The position numbers and the translations under genes are program-made. From the NCBI GenBank assembly GCA_902471875.1, contig CABRLN010000004.1, forward strand, positions 7,678 through 71,677: a stretch of DNA of 64,000 nucleotides, read 5' to 3'. Below are positions 38,756 to 50,143 of this stretch, piece after piece. The notes under the pieces are model-generated. The model had not been told where the DNA came from. It saw nothing but the letters and a program-made list of their open reading frames with translations, and ran no database searches. The stretch comes from an uncultured Clostridium sp. (GTDB taxonomy: Bacteria; Bacillota; Clostridia; Oscillospirales; Acutalibacteraceae). How positions within the stretch are numbered: position 1 is the stretch's first letter; each line of letters begins with the position of its first letter.

Positions 38756-40906
38756 TTATAAAACTCCCTTGTAGTACAAACCGCGAGTGTGTCCGCCTTC
38801 TATTTTATTTTGATTTTGTACGGCATGAAGAGCATATAATTTTTGTTCATTGGTTTCGGTGGTGAACAGCATTGTGTAAAAGTCTGCATTCTCAATTTCT
38901 TTCAGTCTGTCACCCATATATAAAGGAACACTATTAAAAATTTGAGTACAGCCGCCGCTGCATTTGTACGGAAAGCTAATTTCTTTTCTGTCGGTAATAT
39001 ATCCTAAGCCACCGCATTCTTTACAGGTTTTGGTTTTGGAATTTACTCCTGGGCAGTTTCGTGTAAGCATAAGAGGAAGCTTGCCATATATTAATACACC
39101 TGTTTCAATATTGCCGCCAAGTTGGTTTATCTGCATTAATGTAAGCTCGAAGGAAGCAGTAAGGGATTTTAAGCCAAGCTGCTGAAAAAAGTAAACACTT
39201 TCGGTGTTCATTACATTTAGTCTGAAATTTCCGTGTATTGTCAGTTTTAGCTCTTTACAAAGTGGAATTGCGCCAAGATTATTTACAAGTACATGCTTTA
39301 TGCCTAGATTTTTTGCTTTTTGAAGATGTCTGCGGACTTGTTCTTCTCGTCCGAACATACCTCCAAAAATTTCTATACCAAGGTTAAAGCCCTTTGCTTT
39401 AAGGCTTGTCATAATTTCGGTTGGTGTATTTTCAGGAATAAATACAAGTTCGCATTGGGCAAATTCAATAGGAATGTCCCAGTCAGAAAAAATTGCTCTT
39501 ACAGGTACAACCGCTTTTTTAGTTTTTGTTTTTTTGTTGTGTAAAGTGACGTCATTAATTTCACAATGCTTATGATTGTTAAGAATTAAATGTGTTAAGT
39601 TGTCCAGTGCATTTCTGCGAAGCTTGTTTAGTACAGAAAGAGGGATAGTGGTGTTGCTTTCAATATTAGCATGGCACAGGCATACTTTATAAGGAGTGCC
39701 GCCTGTTTTGCTAAGCTGTTCACAGACCTTTTCATTTGTAAGAGGCTTATGAACAGCCCTCTCGCCATTTTCACCATATACCGTTGTTGTTATTTCTGAA
39801 AATTCAGGTGTTTTATGAATAGCAGTTACACCGTCAGACTGGTTGTTTTGTTCAAAAGGCTTTTCGGTCAAAATTGAAGCGGTAAGTATGGCTGGCTTGT
39901 TAATATTTATGGTAAAGTTCATTTCAACAGGAATACGCTGATATTCGTTTTTATAAATGGAGTGAATTTGATTTAGTACCTTTGTGGTAGCAGATATAAC
40001 ATCTTCCTTTTGGCGTGTTCCAAACATATCAGCACCGAGGTTTCCTGTGTAATATCCGTTTGTAAAGCCAGAGCGTGAGAAAACGCTCTTTAATTGGTTA
40101 CAGCTGTCAGTGTCGGCATATCCGCTGTCACAGTATTGCCTTGCTACATTTACAGCAGAGGCTACATATTCGGGGCGTTTCATTCTCCCTTCTATTTTAG
40201 CTGAGGTTATGCCAATTTTTTGTAATTCCTGCAAATGTTCCAGCACAGACATATCCTTAAGACTCAGGTCATGACCTGTACCGTTTTCAACCATAAATGG
40301 AAGTCGGCAGGTTTGAGCACACTGACCTCGGTTGCCGCTCCTTCCGCCTAAAACCGAGCTAAAATAGCACTGTCCTGATACACACATACACAGTGCACCG
40401 TGTACAAATACTTCAAGCTCAATAGGGCATACTTGTGCAACCTTTTTAATTTCTTCAAATGACATTTCTCGTGACAATACCACTCGTTTAAATCCCAATT
40501 CGTAAAGCAGCTTTGCGCCATGTGGTGTGTGTACGCTCATTTGTGTTGAGCCGTGCAAAGGCAGCTGCGGCATTGATTTATGCAATATAGAAGCAAAGCC
40601 TACATCCTGCACGATTATTGCGTCAATTTGCAGTTTGTAGGCTTGGTGTGCCATACTGATTGCTATGGGAAGTTCGCTGTCAGTAATAAGTGTATTCATA
40701 GTTAAATACAGCTTAACACCTCTTTGGTGGCAAAAGTCCACAGCTTCTTTCAATTGTTCAAAATCAAAATTTTTTGCAGAGGCTCTTGCTCCAAAGCGTT
40801 CAGCACCTATATATACAGCGTCAGCACCCGACCTTACAGCGGCTATAAGAGCCTCCATAGAGCCTGCCGGGGCAAGAATTTCTAAATTATTATTAATATT
40901 ACTCAC
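38756..40906 (-). CDS. U32-family peptidase-like protein (long fused form)
   Basis: N-terminus LEILAPAGSMEALIAAVRSGADAVYIG, U32 signature region E..VHGALCMCVSGQCYFS, C-terminal Cys cluster. Confidence 0.88.
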   Translation of the reverse strand: MSNINNNLEILAPAGSMEALIAAVRSGADAVYIGAERFGARASAKNFDFEQLKEAVDFCHQRGVKLYLTMNTLITDSELPIAISMAHQAYKLQIDAIIVQDVGFASILHKSMPQLPLHGSTQMSVHTPHGAKLLYELGFKRVVLSREMSFEEIKKVAQVCPIELEVFVHGALCMCVSGQCYFSSVLGGRSGNRGQCAQTCRLPFMVENGTGHDLSLKDMSVLEHLQELQKIGITSAKIEGRMKRPEYVASAVNVARQYCDSGYADTDSCNQLKSVFSRSGFTNGYYTGNLGADMFGTRQKEDVISATTKVLNQIHSIYKNEYQRIPVEMNFTININKPAILTASILTEKPFEQNNQSDGVTAIHKTPEFSEITTTVYGENGERAVHKPLTNEKVCEQLSKTGGTPYKVCLCHANIESNTTIPLSVLNKLRRNALDNLTHLILNNHKHCEINDVTLHNKKTKTKKAVVPVRAIFSDWDIPIEFAQCELVFIPENTPTEIMTSLKAKGFNLGIEIFGGMFGREEQVRRHLQKAKNLGIKHVLVNNLGAIPLCKELKLTIHGNFRLNVMNTESVYFFQQLGLKSLTASFELTLMQINQLGGNIETGVLIYGKLPLMLTRNCPGVNSKTKTCKECGGLGYITDRKEISFPYKCSGGCTQIFNSVPLYMGDRLKEIENADFYTMLFTTETNEQKLYALHAVQNQNKIEGGHTRGLYYKGVL

Positions 40907-40912
40907 AATAAA

Positions 40913-41521
40913 TTAACTCTCTTCATTAAGCAAATTCATAAGCTCTTCGTCTGTAACAACATCGGCAAATTCATCTCTTGTAAAAAGCTGGTCAGGTGTT
41001 GCCGACTTTTTTGCCGGTTTACTGCTATTTGTGTTGTTTATACTTTTTAGCTTAGCAGATGATGTTTTCACACTGTTTAAGGTTGAAGGCGTTGTTTTGG
41101 TGTTTATTACAGGTTTTGCTGTTTCTGCAGGAGCATCCTCCTCAACATATGTACCTGCTTTAAGTTCAGATATTACTCTGTGCAAGCCTGCCTTTTCTTC
41201 TTTTAGCTGTGTGTTTTCAACTAGCAGCCTGTTAAGCTGTATTGTGGCTTCTTTTGCGACAGATTCGCAGTCGTCTGTCTTTTTTATTAATTCTCTTGTA
41301 ATTATACGCTCTTTTTCAAGCTGGTCGCAGTAGTTAAGTGCCGCAACTATTGTTGCCATTTGCAACGACAGCTTTGGGTCACTGTCTGCTAAAAATTTTA
41401 TACGCTCGTCAACAATTTTTGCTATTTTTTGAATATATTGCTCACTTTCATCTGCCGTAATTAAAAACTGGCTTCCGCAAATTTTTAGTCTTACCTTGGT
41501 TTTCTTTGTATCGTCACCCAT
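40913..41521 (-). CDS. zapA: Cell division protein ZapA with extended C-terminal region
   Basis: The N-terminal approximately 90 aa (VRLKICGSQFLITADESEQYIQKIAKIVDERI...MATIVAALNYCD) match the ZapA fold signature. The rest is coiled-coil and low-complexity. Confidence 0.8.
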   Translation of the reverse strand: MGDDTKKTKVRLKICGSQFLITADESEQYIQKIAKIVDERIKFLADSDPKLSLQMATIVAALNYCDQLEKERIITRELIKKTDDCESVAKEATIQLNRLLVENTQLKEEKAGLHRVISELKAGTYVEEDAPAETAKPVINTKTTPSTLNSVKTSSAKLKSINNTNSSKPAKKSATPDQLFTRDEFADVVTDEELMNLLNEES

Positions 41522-41870
41522 AATTATACCTCCTTACTTATAAATTCAAATATATCATATATTATACTACATTTAAAAAACATATAAAAGACTTTTGCCG
41601 TTTTTTTAAGAAAATTTTCATTTATTAAGATGTGTTTTAGAAAATTTAATAAAATCAAGTATAAATTATATAATTTTACATAGTTATTTTAGCTATTTGA
41701 ATAAAATATATGTTTTTGATTGTATTTAGTTTGGTATTAAATGGATGATTTACTACTTGATATTTTTGGTTTTGTGTGATAAAATTATTAACAGATAAAT
41801 AAATATTAAAAGTAAGGAGTGGGAAGTTAAATGCCCGCTCTTTTTGTTTTACAAGAAAGGAAGTGCGTAT

Positions 41871-42338
41871 ATGGCAGGAAAAAATACAGTAACAACTGTG
41901 TGGGAAATTGTAGAGCCATACGTAGAACAACTTAATTTACAGTTGTGGGATGTTCGCTTTGTAAAAGAGGGAGCAAACTGGTATTTAAGAATTTTTATTG
42001 ACAGTGAAAAGGGTATTACTATTGAGGACTGCGAGGCTGTAAGTCGTGCTGTTGACGAGCCTCTTGATATTGCAGACCCTATTGACAAAAGTTATTGTCT
42101 TGAGGTTTGCTCACCCGGTATTGAACGAGAACTTACAAGACCCGAACATTTTGACCGCTTTATTGGTGCAAAGGTTATGGTTAAAATGATAAGACCTCTT
42201 GAAAATGCAGGCAAAGAGTTTAAAGGTGTTTTAACTGCTGCTGATAAATTAACCTGTACTGTTTCTACAGAAAAGGGAGAGGTTAATTTTAACAAAAAAG
42301 ACAGCGTTTGGGTAAAGCTGGACGATTTTGATATATAA
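41871..42338 (+). CDS. rimP: Ribosome maturation factor RimP
   Basis: WYLRIFIDSEKGITIEDCEAVSRAV...LEVCSPGIEREL. I prefer ATG 41871 after a GGAAGTG SD. First gene of the nusA-infB operon. Confidence 0.93.
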   Translation: MAGKNTVTTVWEIVEPYVEQLNLQLWDVRFVKEGANWYLRIFIDSEKGITIEDCEAVSRAVDEPLDIADPIDKSYCLEVCSPGIERELTRPEHFDRFIGAKVMVKMIRPLENAGKEFKGVLTAADKLTCTVSTEKGEVNFNKKDSVWVKLDDFDI

Positions 42339-42415
42339 TTAATGGATTGTTTGGATTATTTTCAAAAGCTTGTATATTTAAGATAAAAAATGTTTAAGAA
42401 AGGTTGATAAGAAAA

Positions 42416-43708
42416 ATGGATAACAAAGAGCTATTTGAAGCTATTGCACAGCTGGAACAAGATAAAGGTGTGCCTTCTGAATATATGTTTGAGCAAATTC
42501 AAAGAGCTATAGAAATTGCCGCAGGCAAAAATTACGGAAACGACAATGTAAAATTTATAGTTGATAAAGACCAATATATTTTTGACGCTTATCTGCAAAA
42601 AGAAGTTGTTGAAGAGGTGTTTGACAATAACATTGAAATTTCTCTTGAAAAGGCAAGAGAAATTAACCCTAGTGTTGAAATTGGTGATTATGTAGGCGTA
42701 AAAATGGACACAATGGCATTAGGTAGAATTGGTGTTAATGCCGCAAGAAATGTTATTAAGCAGGGTATTAACGAGGGCGAAAAGGGTCAGATTATGCTTG
42801 AATTCCAAAGTAAAATAGGCGAACTTGTTACTGCCACCGTTGAAAGAATAGACCCGCGCACAGGTAATGCTACAGTAAGAATAGGCAAATCTACCGCCGT
42901 TTTACTTGCAGGCGAACAGGTTGACGGTGAGGTTTTGGAAGAAGACCAAAAGGTTAAGGTTTATATTTCGGATGTTCAAAAGAGAGACAAGGGCGGTTTA
43001 AGGGTGTTGATTTCACGCACACACCCTGAATTTGTAAAAAGAATGTTTGAAACAGAGGTTCCTGAAATTTATGACGGCACTGTTGAAATTAAATCAGTAT
43101 CAAGAGAAGCAGGTTCAAGAACTAAAATTGCTGTATTCAGTAAGGATAAGCAGGTTGACGCTATTGGTGCATGTATTGGTACAAGAGGTGTACGAGTAGG
43201 CACAATAGTTGATGAGCTTAATGGAGAAAAAATTGATATTATTGAATATAACGAAAATCCTAAAGAATTTATTGCCGCAGCGCTGTCACCTGCAAGCGTT
43301 ATTAAGGTTCAGGTTGCTGCAGATGGCTCAAAAACCTGTCGTGTAACAGTACCTGACAGTCAGCTTTCACTTGCTATTGGTAACAAGGGTCAGAATGCTC
43401 GTCTTGCTGCAAAGCTTACAGGTTGGAAAATTGATATTCGTCCTGAAAGCGGATTCTTTGGTGAAGATGATGATGATTTTATTCCTGCTGAAGATGATGC
43501 AGAGATTTTACCGGAGAATAAGGATAACTTAATTGAAACAGCTGAAGATTTAGACGTTGTTGTAACCGAAAACGAAATTGAGGAATTTTCAGAGAAAGAG
43601 GACTTTGAGCTTGAAGAAGTTGAAGCTGACGAGGATTTAGAAGCTGAATTAGATATTGAAGAGGATAATCTTGAAGCTCAAGCAGAGGTTGACGAAATAG
43701 AGGAATAA
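42416..43708 (+). CDS. nusA: Transcription termination/antitermination factor NusA
   Basis: N-terminal domain, S1 and two KH domains (GACIGTRGVRV, LAIGNKGQNARLAAKLTGWKIDI), and an acidic C-terminal tail. Confidence 0.97.
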   Translation: MDNKELFEAIAQLEQDKGVPSEYMFEQIQRAIEIAAGKNYGNDNVKFIVDKDQYIFDAYLQKEVVEEVFDNNIEISLEKAREINPSVEIGDYVGVKMDTMALGRIGVNAARNVIKQGINEGEKGQIMLEFQSKIGELVTATVERIDPRTGNATVRIGKSTAVLLAGEQVDGEVLEEDQKVKVYISDVQKRDKGGLRVLISRTHPEFVKRMFETEVPEIYDGTVEIKSVSREAGSRTKIAVFSKDKQVDAIGACIGTRGVRVGTIVDELNGEKIDIIEYNENPKEFIAAALSPASVIKVQVAADGSKTCRVTVPDSQLSLAIGNKGQNARLAAKLTGWKIDIRPESGFFGEDDDDFIPAEDDAEILPENKDNLIETAEDLDVVVTENEIEEFSEKEDFELEEVEADEDLEAELDIEEDNLEAQAEVDEIEE

Positions 43709-43752
43709 TTTATATAGAACTTTTGCATTATTCCGTGAAAGGTAGTGGTGAT

Positions 43753-44058
43753 GTGAAGCAAAAAAGAATACCCTTAAGGAAATGCACAGGATGTATGGAA
43801 ATGAAGCCTAAAAAAGACCTTATCCGTATTGTAAAAGCCCCTGATGTTAAAGGTGAAAACGGTGAGATTTTACAAAAAGGCGAGGTGTCGCTTGACACTA
43901 CAGGCAAAAAGCCGGGCAGAGGTGCTTATGTATGTAATAATACAGACTGTCTGCATCAGGCGCAAAAAGCGCGAAGATTAGAAAGGGCATTTTCCTGTAA
44001 AATTCCTGAGGAAGTTTATATTCAACTGGAAGAAGGTATGAAAAGCCTTGAACAATAA
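43753..44058 (+). CDS. ylxR: YlxR/RnpM family RNA-binding protein (DUF448)
   Basis: IPLRKCTGC...GRGAYVC motif. I prefer the GTG start at 43753. The track ORF begins at 43723. Confidence 0.85.
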   Translation: MKQKRIPLRKCTGCMEMKPKKDLIRIVKAPDVKGENGEILQKGEVSLDTTGKKPGRGAYVCNNTDCLHQAQKARRLERAFSCKIPEEVYIQLEEGMKSLEQ

Positions 44059-44356
44059 CAAACTATTATCCTTTTTAGGATTATGCAGAAGAGCAGGTAA
44101 GATGACCATAGGTAACGATGCGGTTATTGAAGCAATGATAAGTGGTGAATCCTGCTTGGTGCTGTTAGCCGAAAATGCGTCACAACGCACTGCTAAAGAC
44201 ATAATGGAAACGGCACAGAAAAACAACATACAAATTGTAAGGTTATCTTACGATAAACAGCAAATAAGCCGTGCTCTTGGTAAGCTGACAGCTGTAATAT
44301 CGATTAATGAAGCAGGGTTTGCAAAGAAGATAATAGAACTAACAGGTAACGAATAA
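44048..44356 (+). CDS. ylxQ: L7Ae/YlxQ family RNA-binding protein
   Basis: LGLCRRAGKMTIGNDAV...LVLLAENAS. Canonical position between ylxR and infB. Confidence 0.88.
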   Translation: MNNNKLLSFLGLCRRAGKMTIGNDAVIEAMISGESCLVLLAENASQRTAKDIMETAQKNNIQIVRLSYDKQQISRALGKLTAVISINEAGFAKKIIELTGNE

Positions 44357-44371
44357 GGAGGTAAGTTGCTT

Positions 44372-46777
44372 ATGATGATAAAATATAAATTACGTGAGGT
44401 TGCTACAGATTTAGGGGTAACTAATAAAGAAGTAATAGAGGTACTAAGCAAATATATTGGAGGTGAGCCGAAAAAGCAGACAACAGTACTTACAGAAGAA
44501 GAGCTTAACGTGATTTTTGATTATTTTACACAGAAAAATAATATGGAAAGCTTTGATAAATATTATGCTGTTGCAGATGAAAAGGACGAAAACAAGCAAA
44601 ACGAAGAAAAAAACGAGAAACCGTCTAAAAAAAGCAATACAAATAATAAAAAGACACAGCAAAGGTCTGACAGCAAGCAAACAGGCAGAACGCAGAAAGA
44701 AAACACTACATCTGCCAAAAAGACAGAAGGCAAGTCGCAGACAAGGACTGATAATAAAAGTGAAAAACAAGACGACAATAATAATGATGTACAATTAAAG
44801 AATAGAAAAGAAAGAAAAATTGTTGATACCCGTCAAGTAGTTGTAGATGTTGAAAGATATAACGAAAAATATGACAGACTGGCAAGCGAAAAAATTAAAA
44901 GTGAGAATCAGACAGCTCATAAGCAAAAAATTAACCAGCGTTCACAACAGCGCGGTAAGCAAAGAAGAGGAAAAAGAGAAACCGAGCAAGAGCGTTTGAA
45001 CAGAATTGCTATGGAGCGTAAAAAGAAGCCTATAACTGTTTCAATTCCGGACGAAATACAGGTTGGTGAGCTTGCATTAAGACTAAAGGCTACAGCAGCC
45101 GAGGTTATTAAAAAGCTTATGATGCTTGGTGTAATGGCTTCTGTAAACGATACTGTTGATTTTGATACAGCCTCTCTTGTTGCAATGGAATTTCATGCAA
45201 AGGTTGAAAAAGAGGTTGTTGTTACAATTGAAGAAAGAATTATTGACGACAGTGAAGATGATGACAGCAATCTTGTTGAGCGTGCACCTGTAGTTGTTGT
45301 TATGGGTCACGTTGACCATGGTAAAACCTCGCTTCTTGATGCCATTCGCCATGCTAATGTAACAGAGGGCGAAGCAGGCGGTATTACACAGCACATAGGT
45401 GCTTACCGTGTAAAGGTTAACGACCGTGAAATAACTTTCCTTGATACACCGGGACACGAAGCTTTTACAACAATGCGTGCAAGAGGTGCAATGGCAACTG
45501 ATATTGCTATTCTTGTTGTAGCCGCAGACGATGGTATTATGCCTCAAACCGTAGAGGCTATTAACCACGCTAAGGCTGCAGGGGTGTCAATTATTGTAGC
45601 TATTAATAAAATGGATAAAATGGGTGCAAACCCTGACAATGTAAAGCAACAGCTTACAGAATACAACATAGTGCCTGAAGAATGGGGCGGCGATGTTCCG
45701 TGTATTCCTGTTTCAGCTAAAACTAAAGAGGGTCTTGATGACTTGCTTGAAATGGTTATTCTTACAGCAGATGTTATGGAGCTTAAGGCTAACCCTGACA
45801 GAAGTGCAAGGGGTGTAGTTATTGAGGCAAGACTAGACAAGGGCAGAGGCCCTATTGCGTCTATGCTTGTACAAAATGGTACTCTTAATGTTGGCGATAT
45901 TATTGTTGCAGGTACATCTGTTGGTCGTGTAAGAGCAATGACCAATGACCACGGCGAAAAGGTTAAACAAGCAGGGCCTTCTTATCCTGTAGAAATTTCA
46001 GGTCTTGACGAGGTTCCTACAGGCGGAGATATTTTTAATGCTGTTTCTGACGAGCGTTTAGCAAGAGAGCTTGTTGAGCAGAGAAAAACAAAGGCTAAAG
46101 AGGAATTATTTAACTCACAAACAAAGGTTACCCTTGACAATTTGTTTGACCAAATGCAGCTTGGTGAAATTAAAGAGCTTAAAATTATCGTTAAGGCAGA
46201 TGTTCAGGGTTCGGTTGAGGCTGTAAGACAGTCACTTGAAAAGCTGTCAAACGGTGAGGTTAGAGTCAATGTAATTCATGGGGCAGTCGGTGCAATTAAT
46301 GAATCTGATGTTATGCTTGCAAAGGCGTCAAACGCAATTGTAGTAGGATTTAATGTTCGTCCTGACGCAGTTGCGCAGGCTACAGCTGAACGTGACGGAA
46401 TTGAATTGCATATGTACAGAGTAATCTATGACTGTATTGAAGAAATTGAACAAGCAATGAAGGGTATGCTTGCGCCAAAAACCAGAGAGGTTGAGCTTGG
46501 TAAGGCAGAGTGCCGTAATGTTATTAAAATTAAAAATGTGGGCTTTATTGCAGGCAGCTATGTACTAAGCGGTAAAGTAGAGCGTAACGCTATGGTTCGT
46601 GTAGTACGTGACGGTATTGTAATTACAGAGGATACAATGTCATCCTTGCAAAGATTTAAAGATGCTGTTAAAGAGGTTGCCGCAGGCTATGAGTGCGGTA
46701 TTGGTTTAGAGCATTTCTCTGACCTTAAAGAGGGCGACATTTTTGAAGTATTCAAAATTGAGGAATACAGAGATTAA
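44372..46777 (+). CDS. infB: Translation initiation factor IF-2
   Basis: G-domain [32 protein letters not shown]-rich N-terminal region. AGGAGG SD present. Confidence 0.98.
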   Translation: MMIKYKLREVATDLGVTNKEVIEVLSKYIGGEPKKQTTVLTEEELNVIFDYFTQKNNMESFDKYYAVADEKDENKQNEEKNEKPSKKSNTNNKKTQQRSDSKQTGRTQKENTTSAKKTEGKSQTRTDNKSEKQDDNNNDVQLKNRKERKIVDTRQVVVDVERYNEKYDRLASEKIKSENQTAHKQKINQRSQQRGKQRRGKRETEQERLNRIAMERKKKPITVSIPDEIQVGELALRLKATAAEVIKKLMMLGVMASVNDTVDFDTASLVAMEFHAKVEKEVVVTIEERIIDDSEDDDSNLVERAPVVVVMGHVDHGKTSLLDAIRHANVTEGEAGGITQHIGAYRVKVNDREITFLDTPGHEAFTTMRARGAMATDIAILVVAADDGIMPQTVEAINHAKAAGVSIIVAINKMDKMGANPDNVKQQLTEYNIVPEEWGGDVPCIPVSAKTKEGLDDLLEMVILTADVMELKANPDRSARGVVIEARLDKGRGPIASMLVQNGTLNVGDIIVAGTSVGRVRAMTNDHGEKVKQAGPSYPVEISGLDEVPTGGDIFNAVSDERLARELVEQRKTKAKEELFNSQTKVTLDNLFDQMQLGEIKELKIIVKADVQGSVEAVRQSLEKLSNGEVRVNVIHGAVGAINESDVMLAKASNAIVVGFNVRPDAVAQATAERDGIELHMYRVIYDCIEEIEQAMKGMLAPKTREVELGKAECRNVIKIKNVGFIAGSYVLSGKVERNAMVRVVRDGIVITEDTMSSLQRFKDAVKEVAAGYECGIGLEHFSDLKEGDIFEVFKIEEYRD

Positions 46778-46786
46778 TAAAACTAC

Positions 46787-46813
46787 AAGGCGGACTTTGT
46801 TAGTCCGCCTTTC
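46787..46813 (+). terminator. Hairpin terminator/attenuator between infB and rbfA
   Basis: AAGGCGGACT-ttgtt-AGTCCGCCTT followed by a short TTTC. Confidence 0.65.
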
Positions 46814-46925
46814 GCCAATTATTGTTAAATGTAAATAAGGAAATTATTAGTACTATATAATTTTTGCTATGTTTAATAAATAAATGTAAAGAATATAATG
46901 TATGATGATAAAAGGAGAAAATAAT

Positions 46926-47303
46926 ATGGCAGGACATAGAATGGGACGCACCACAGAGGATATTAAACGTGAGCTTACTGCTATTTTGCGTGAGATGAAG
47001 GATCCGCGTGTAAGCGACGCTCTTGTTAGCGTTGTTAGGGTAGAGGTTACTAACGACCTTTCATATTGCAGCATTTATGTAAGCTCTATGTATGGTATGG
47101 AAAAAAGTAAAGAGGCAGCAAAGGCATTAAAAAATGCAGCAGGCTATATAAGAAAAGAGCTTGGCAGCAGGCTAAAGCTTCGTCATGTGCCCGCACCACT
47201 TTTTTATGCAACAGACTCTATTGAGTATAGTGCAAATATTAATAAACTACTGTTGGACCTTGACATTCCTGAAGAGGAGGAAGAAGATGAGGCAGATAAA
47301 TAA
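46926..47303 (+). CDS. rbfA: Ribosome-binding factor A
   Basis: R..RTTEDIKRELTAILRE.KDPRV...VSVVRVEVTNDLSYCSIYVS. I prefer ATG 46926 after an AAGGAG SD. Confidence 0.95.
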   Translation: MAGHRMGRTTEDIKRELTAILREMKDPRVSDALVSVVRVEVTNDLSYCSIYVSSMYGMEKSKEAAKALKNAAGYIRKELGSRLKLRHVPAPLFYATDSIEYSANINKLLLDLDIPEEEEEDEADK

Positions 47304-48240
47304 TATAGCAGAGGTTGCTGATTTTTTTAAAAATAATGACTGCTTTGGTATTCTTACACATCAGTTTCCGGACGGCGACACATTAGGCTCGGCTTATGGG
47401 CTGTGCGGTATGTTGTTGCAAATGGGTAAAAAAGCTCAAGTGTTGATAAACGGCGAAAAATTACCGAAAAAATTTGAATATCTTAAAACAGGTATTAATA
47501 AAACAGAATTTACGGTTGAAAGCTATGTAAGCGTAGATGTTGCCGACAGTAAGCTGTTGGGTGAACTAAATGTTTATAAAAATCAAATAAAGCTGGCTAT
47601 AGACCACCACAGCACTCATAAGCCTTTTGCTGATGTTTACTATGTAAACACTATGGCGTCAAACTGCGAAAATATTTATATGCTTGCAGAAAAACTGAAT
47701 GTTAATATTACAAAAGATATTGCAAACGCTCTTTATACCGGCATTGCAACTGACACGGGATGTTTCAGATATTCAAATACCACGGCAACAACCCATATTA
47801 TAGCTGCACAGCTTATGCAGTGCGGGGGTGAGGCTGATTTTATAAACAAGCTTATGTTTGAAACGGTTTCAAAAAATAAAAAGGCGCTTGAGTCATTTGT
47901 TATTGGAAATATGGAATATTTTTATAATGACCGTGTAGCAGTTGCACACACCACAAAGGCAATCTTAAAGCAGTTTAATATTCCTGAAGATGAGGTTGAG
48001 GGTTTGTCTGCAATTCCGCGTACTATTGAAGGGGTGCTTGTGGGAATTACCATACGAGAAAAAGATGAAAAAACATTTAAAATTTCAGTAAGAACAAATA
48101 ACGGTGTAGATGCAAGCCAAATATGCAGTGAACTGGGTGGCGGCGGTCACAAGGCTGCGGCAGGCTGTGCTGTTGAGGGTACGCTGGAGCAGGTAAAAAA
48201 TATAATTTTACCTATTGTTTATAAATATATTAATGAATAA
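47287..48240 (+). CDS. nrnA: DHH/DHHA1 family phosphoesterase (NrnA-like)
   Basis: HQFPDGDTLGS, DHH (AIDHHSTH), GGGGHKAAAG. The likely true start is MRQINN at 47287, overlapping the rbfA end by 17 nt. Confidence 0.9.
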   Translation: MRQINNIAEVADFFKNNDCFGILTHQFPDGDTLGSAYGLCGMLLQMGKKAQVLINGEKLPKKFEYLKTGINKTEFTVESYVSVDVADSKLLGELNVYKNQIKLAIDHHSTHKPFADVYYVNTMASNCENIYMLAEKLNVNITKDIANALYTGIATDTGCFRYSNTTATTHIIAAQLMQCGGEADFINKLMFETVSKNKKALESFVIGNMEYFYNDRVAVAHTTKAILKQFNIPEDEVEGLSAIPRTIEGVLVGITIREKDEKTFKISVRTNNGVDASQICSELGGGGHKAAAGCAVEGTLEQVKNIILPIVYKYINE

Positions 48241-48249
48241 GGAATTTAT

Positions 48250-49152
48250 ATGGATGGAATAATTGTAATAAATAAACCTGCTAAGTTTACTTCGTTTGAT
48301 GTTGTTGCAGTTATGCGCGGTGTTACCAAAACTAAAAAAATTGGACATACAGGTACGCTGGACCCTATGGCTACAGGTGTTTTACCGCTTCTTTTCGGCA
48401 GTGCAACAAAAGCACAGTCTTTGTTGCCTGACAGCAGTAAAGAATATATTGCCGGTTTTCAGCTGGGTGTAACTACAGATACTCTTGATATTTGGGGTAC
48501 AGTAAAAAGCAAAAGTGAAATTCATGTAAGCAAAGAGGATATTCAACAGCTTCTGCCACAGTTTACAGGAAATATTTTACAGATGCCGCCAATGTATTCG
48601 GCTGTGCAAAAGGACGGAAAAAGACTTTACGAGCTTGCACGACAGGGAATTGTTGTAGAGCGTGAGAAAAGACAGGTTAACATCAGCAAACTACAGCTGT
48701 TAGAATATAATGAAAATAATGCCTGTGGAAGGCTGTATATTGCTTGTTCCAAGGGTACATATATTCGCACATTAATTGATGACATTGGTGTAATGTTAAA
48801 ATGTGGCGGTATAATGACATCGTTGTGCCGAACTTCCGCTTGCGGTTTTACACTAGACGAAGCAATAACCTTAGAGCAGGTCAAGGAGCTTTCAACAAAT
48901 GGAGTACTGGAAAATTATTTAAAAAGTGTAGAGGGTGTTTTTAAGCCATACAGAGAAGTTTTCGTGTCAGATTTGCAGGCTAAAAGATTTTGTAACGGCG
49001 GTCAGTTGGATATTGCAAGGCTGAAAATAAAAAATCCTGAGGATAATGAAATTATCCGTGTAAAAACAGGCAGTAATTTTTTTATAGGGTTAGGAAAGGT
49101 TCAATTGCAAAACAAACAGCTTGCTATATATAAGCTGTTTAACTTTGTATGA
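48250..49152 (+). CDS. truB: tRNA pseudouridine(55) synthase
   Basis: GIIVINKP...TSFDVV...GHTGTLDPMATGVLPL catalytic Asp motif. Confidence 0.97.
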   Translation: MDGIIVINKPAKFTSFDVVAVMRGVTKTKKIGHTGTLDPMATGVLPLLFGSATKAQSLLPDSSKEYIAGFQLGVTTDTLDIWGTVKSKSEIHVSKEDIQQLLPQFTGNILQMPPMYSAVQKDGKRLYELARQGIVVEREKRQVNISKLQLLEYNENNACGRLYIACSKGTYIRTLIDDIGVMLKCGGIMTSLCRTSACGFTLDEAITLEQVKELSTNGVLENYLKSVEGVFKPYREVFVSDLQAKRFCNGGQLDIARLKIKNPEDNEIIRVKTGSNFFIGLGKVQLQNKQLAIYKLFNFV

Positions 49153-49173
49153 TTATATGAAGGAGATGTACAA

Positions 49174-50019
49174 ATGAAGACAGGCTTAGTACTTGAAGGC
49201 GGTGGAAAAAGAGGAATTTATGTCGCAGGTGTACTTGACGTATTATTGGAGCATAATATAATTGTTGACGGTGTTATTGGCACTTCGGCAGGTGCCGTAA
49301 ACGGTAGTTCTTATGTTTCAAATCAATATGAGCGCAATTTAAGATATAATGTACGATTTGCAAAAGAAAGAAAATATATGAGCATATATTCGCTTATAAC
49401 CACAGGTAATGTAGTTGGTACAGAATTTGCTTACCATACCTTGCCTGATGAGCTTGAAGTTTTCGACCACGATGCCTTTGAAAAATCTCCTGTAGATTTT
49501 TATGTAACCTGCAGTAACATAGAAACAGGTAAAGCAGAATATATATTGTGCAAAAGCCTTCGGGGAGAAAAAATGGATTATTTAAGGGCGTCAGCATCTT
49601 TGCCGTATGTTTCTCAAATTGTAGAAATTGATAATAAAAAACTGCTTGACGGCGGTGTTTGTGACAGTATTCCTTTAAAGGCTTTTCAGAATATGGGGTA
49701 TGATAAAAATGTTGTTGTACTTACCCGACCAAAGGGATATATTAAAAAACCCGAAAATAATATACTTGCAAAGCTTTACTACGGTAAATACCCTGAATTT
49801 ATTTTTGCTTTAAAAAATAGATATGCTGTGTATAACAGAACAATAAGATATATTGAAGAGCAGGAAAAACAGGGAAACATAATTGTATTAAGGCCAAGCA
49901 AGAGCATTGCGGTAGGAAGAATGGAAAAAAATCCTGAACTTATTAAAGAGATGTACAAGCTGGGCAAAAAAGATGCTAATAAAATTATTAATGAAATATC
50001 ATTATTTTTGAATAAATAA
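49174..50019 (+). CDS. Patatin-like phospholipase
   Basis: Oxyanion GGGKRG, nucleophile elbow GTSAG, catalytic DGG. Confidence 0.9.
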   Translation: MKTGLVLEGGGKRGIYVAGVLDVLLEHNIIVDGVIGTSAGAVNGSSYVSNQYERNLRYNVRFAKERKYMSIYSLITTGNVVGTEFAYHTLPDELEVFDHDAFEKSPVDFYVTCSNIETGKAEYILCKSLRGEKMDYLRASASLPYVSQIVEIDNKKLLDGGVCDSIPLKAFQNMGYDKNVVVLTRPKGYIKKPENNILAKLYYGKYPEFIFALKNRYAVYNRTIRYIEEQEKQGNIIVLRPSKSIAVGRMEKNPELIKEMYKLGKKDANKIINEISLFLNK

Positions 50020-50143
50020 CCCAAAATATGCTTAAAAATCATTGTAGTTGTTAAAAGAAATTACTTAAAAGTGTTGAAAATACATATTTTTTCAAGTATA
50101 ATGAAATAAAAATAATGTTATATTTGAGGAGGATAGGGATATT

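Noticed and set aside
41676-41930. 84-aa minus-strand ORF spanning the zapA/rimP intergenic region and the rimP 5' end.
   Set aside because: It is an AT-rich, low-complexity translation that overlaps the rimP start region and has no SD.
44444-45568. Several ORFs of 71 to 161 aa on both strands within the 5' half of infB (44444-44794, 44517-44798, 44563-44778, 45083-45568).
   Set aside because: They arise from the low-complexity K/Q/N-rich coding region and the antisense of the G-domain. None has translation signals or recognisable motifs.
47185-47286. 5' extension of the nrnA ORF (MCPHHFFMQQ...) overlapping rbfA by about 120 nt.
   Set aside because: The extension has no SD and no homology-like features. 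The conserved DHH protein begins at MRQINN (47287).
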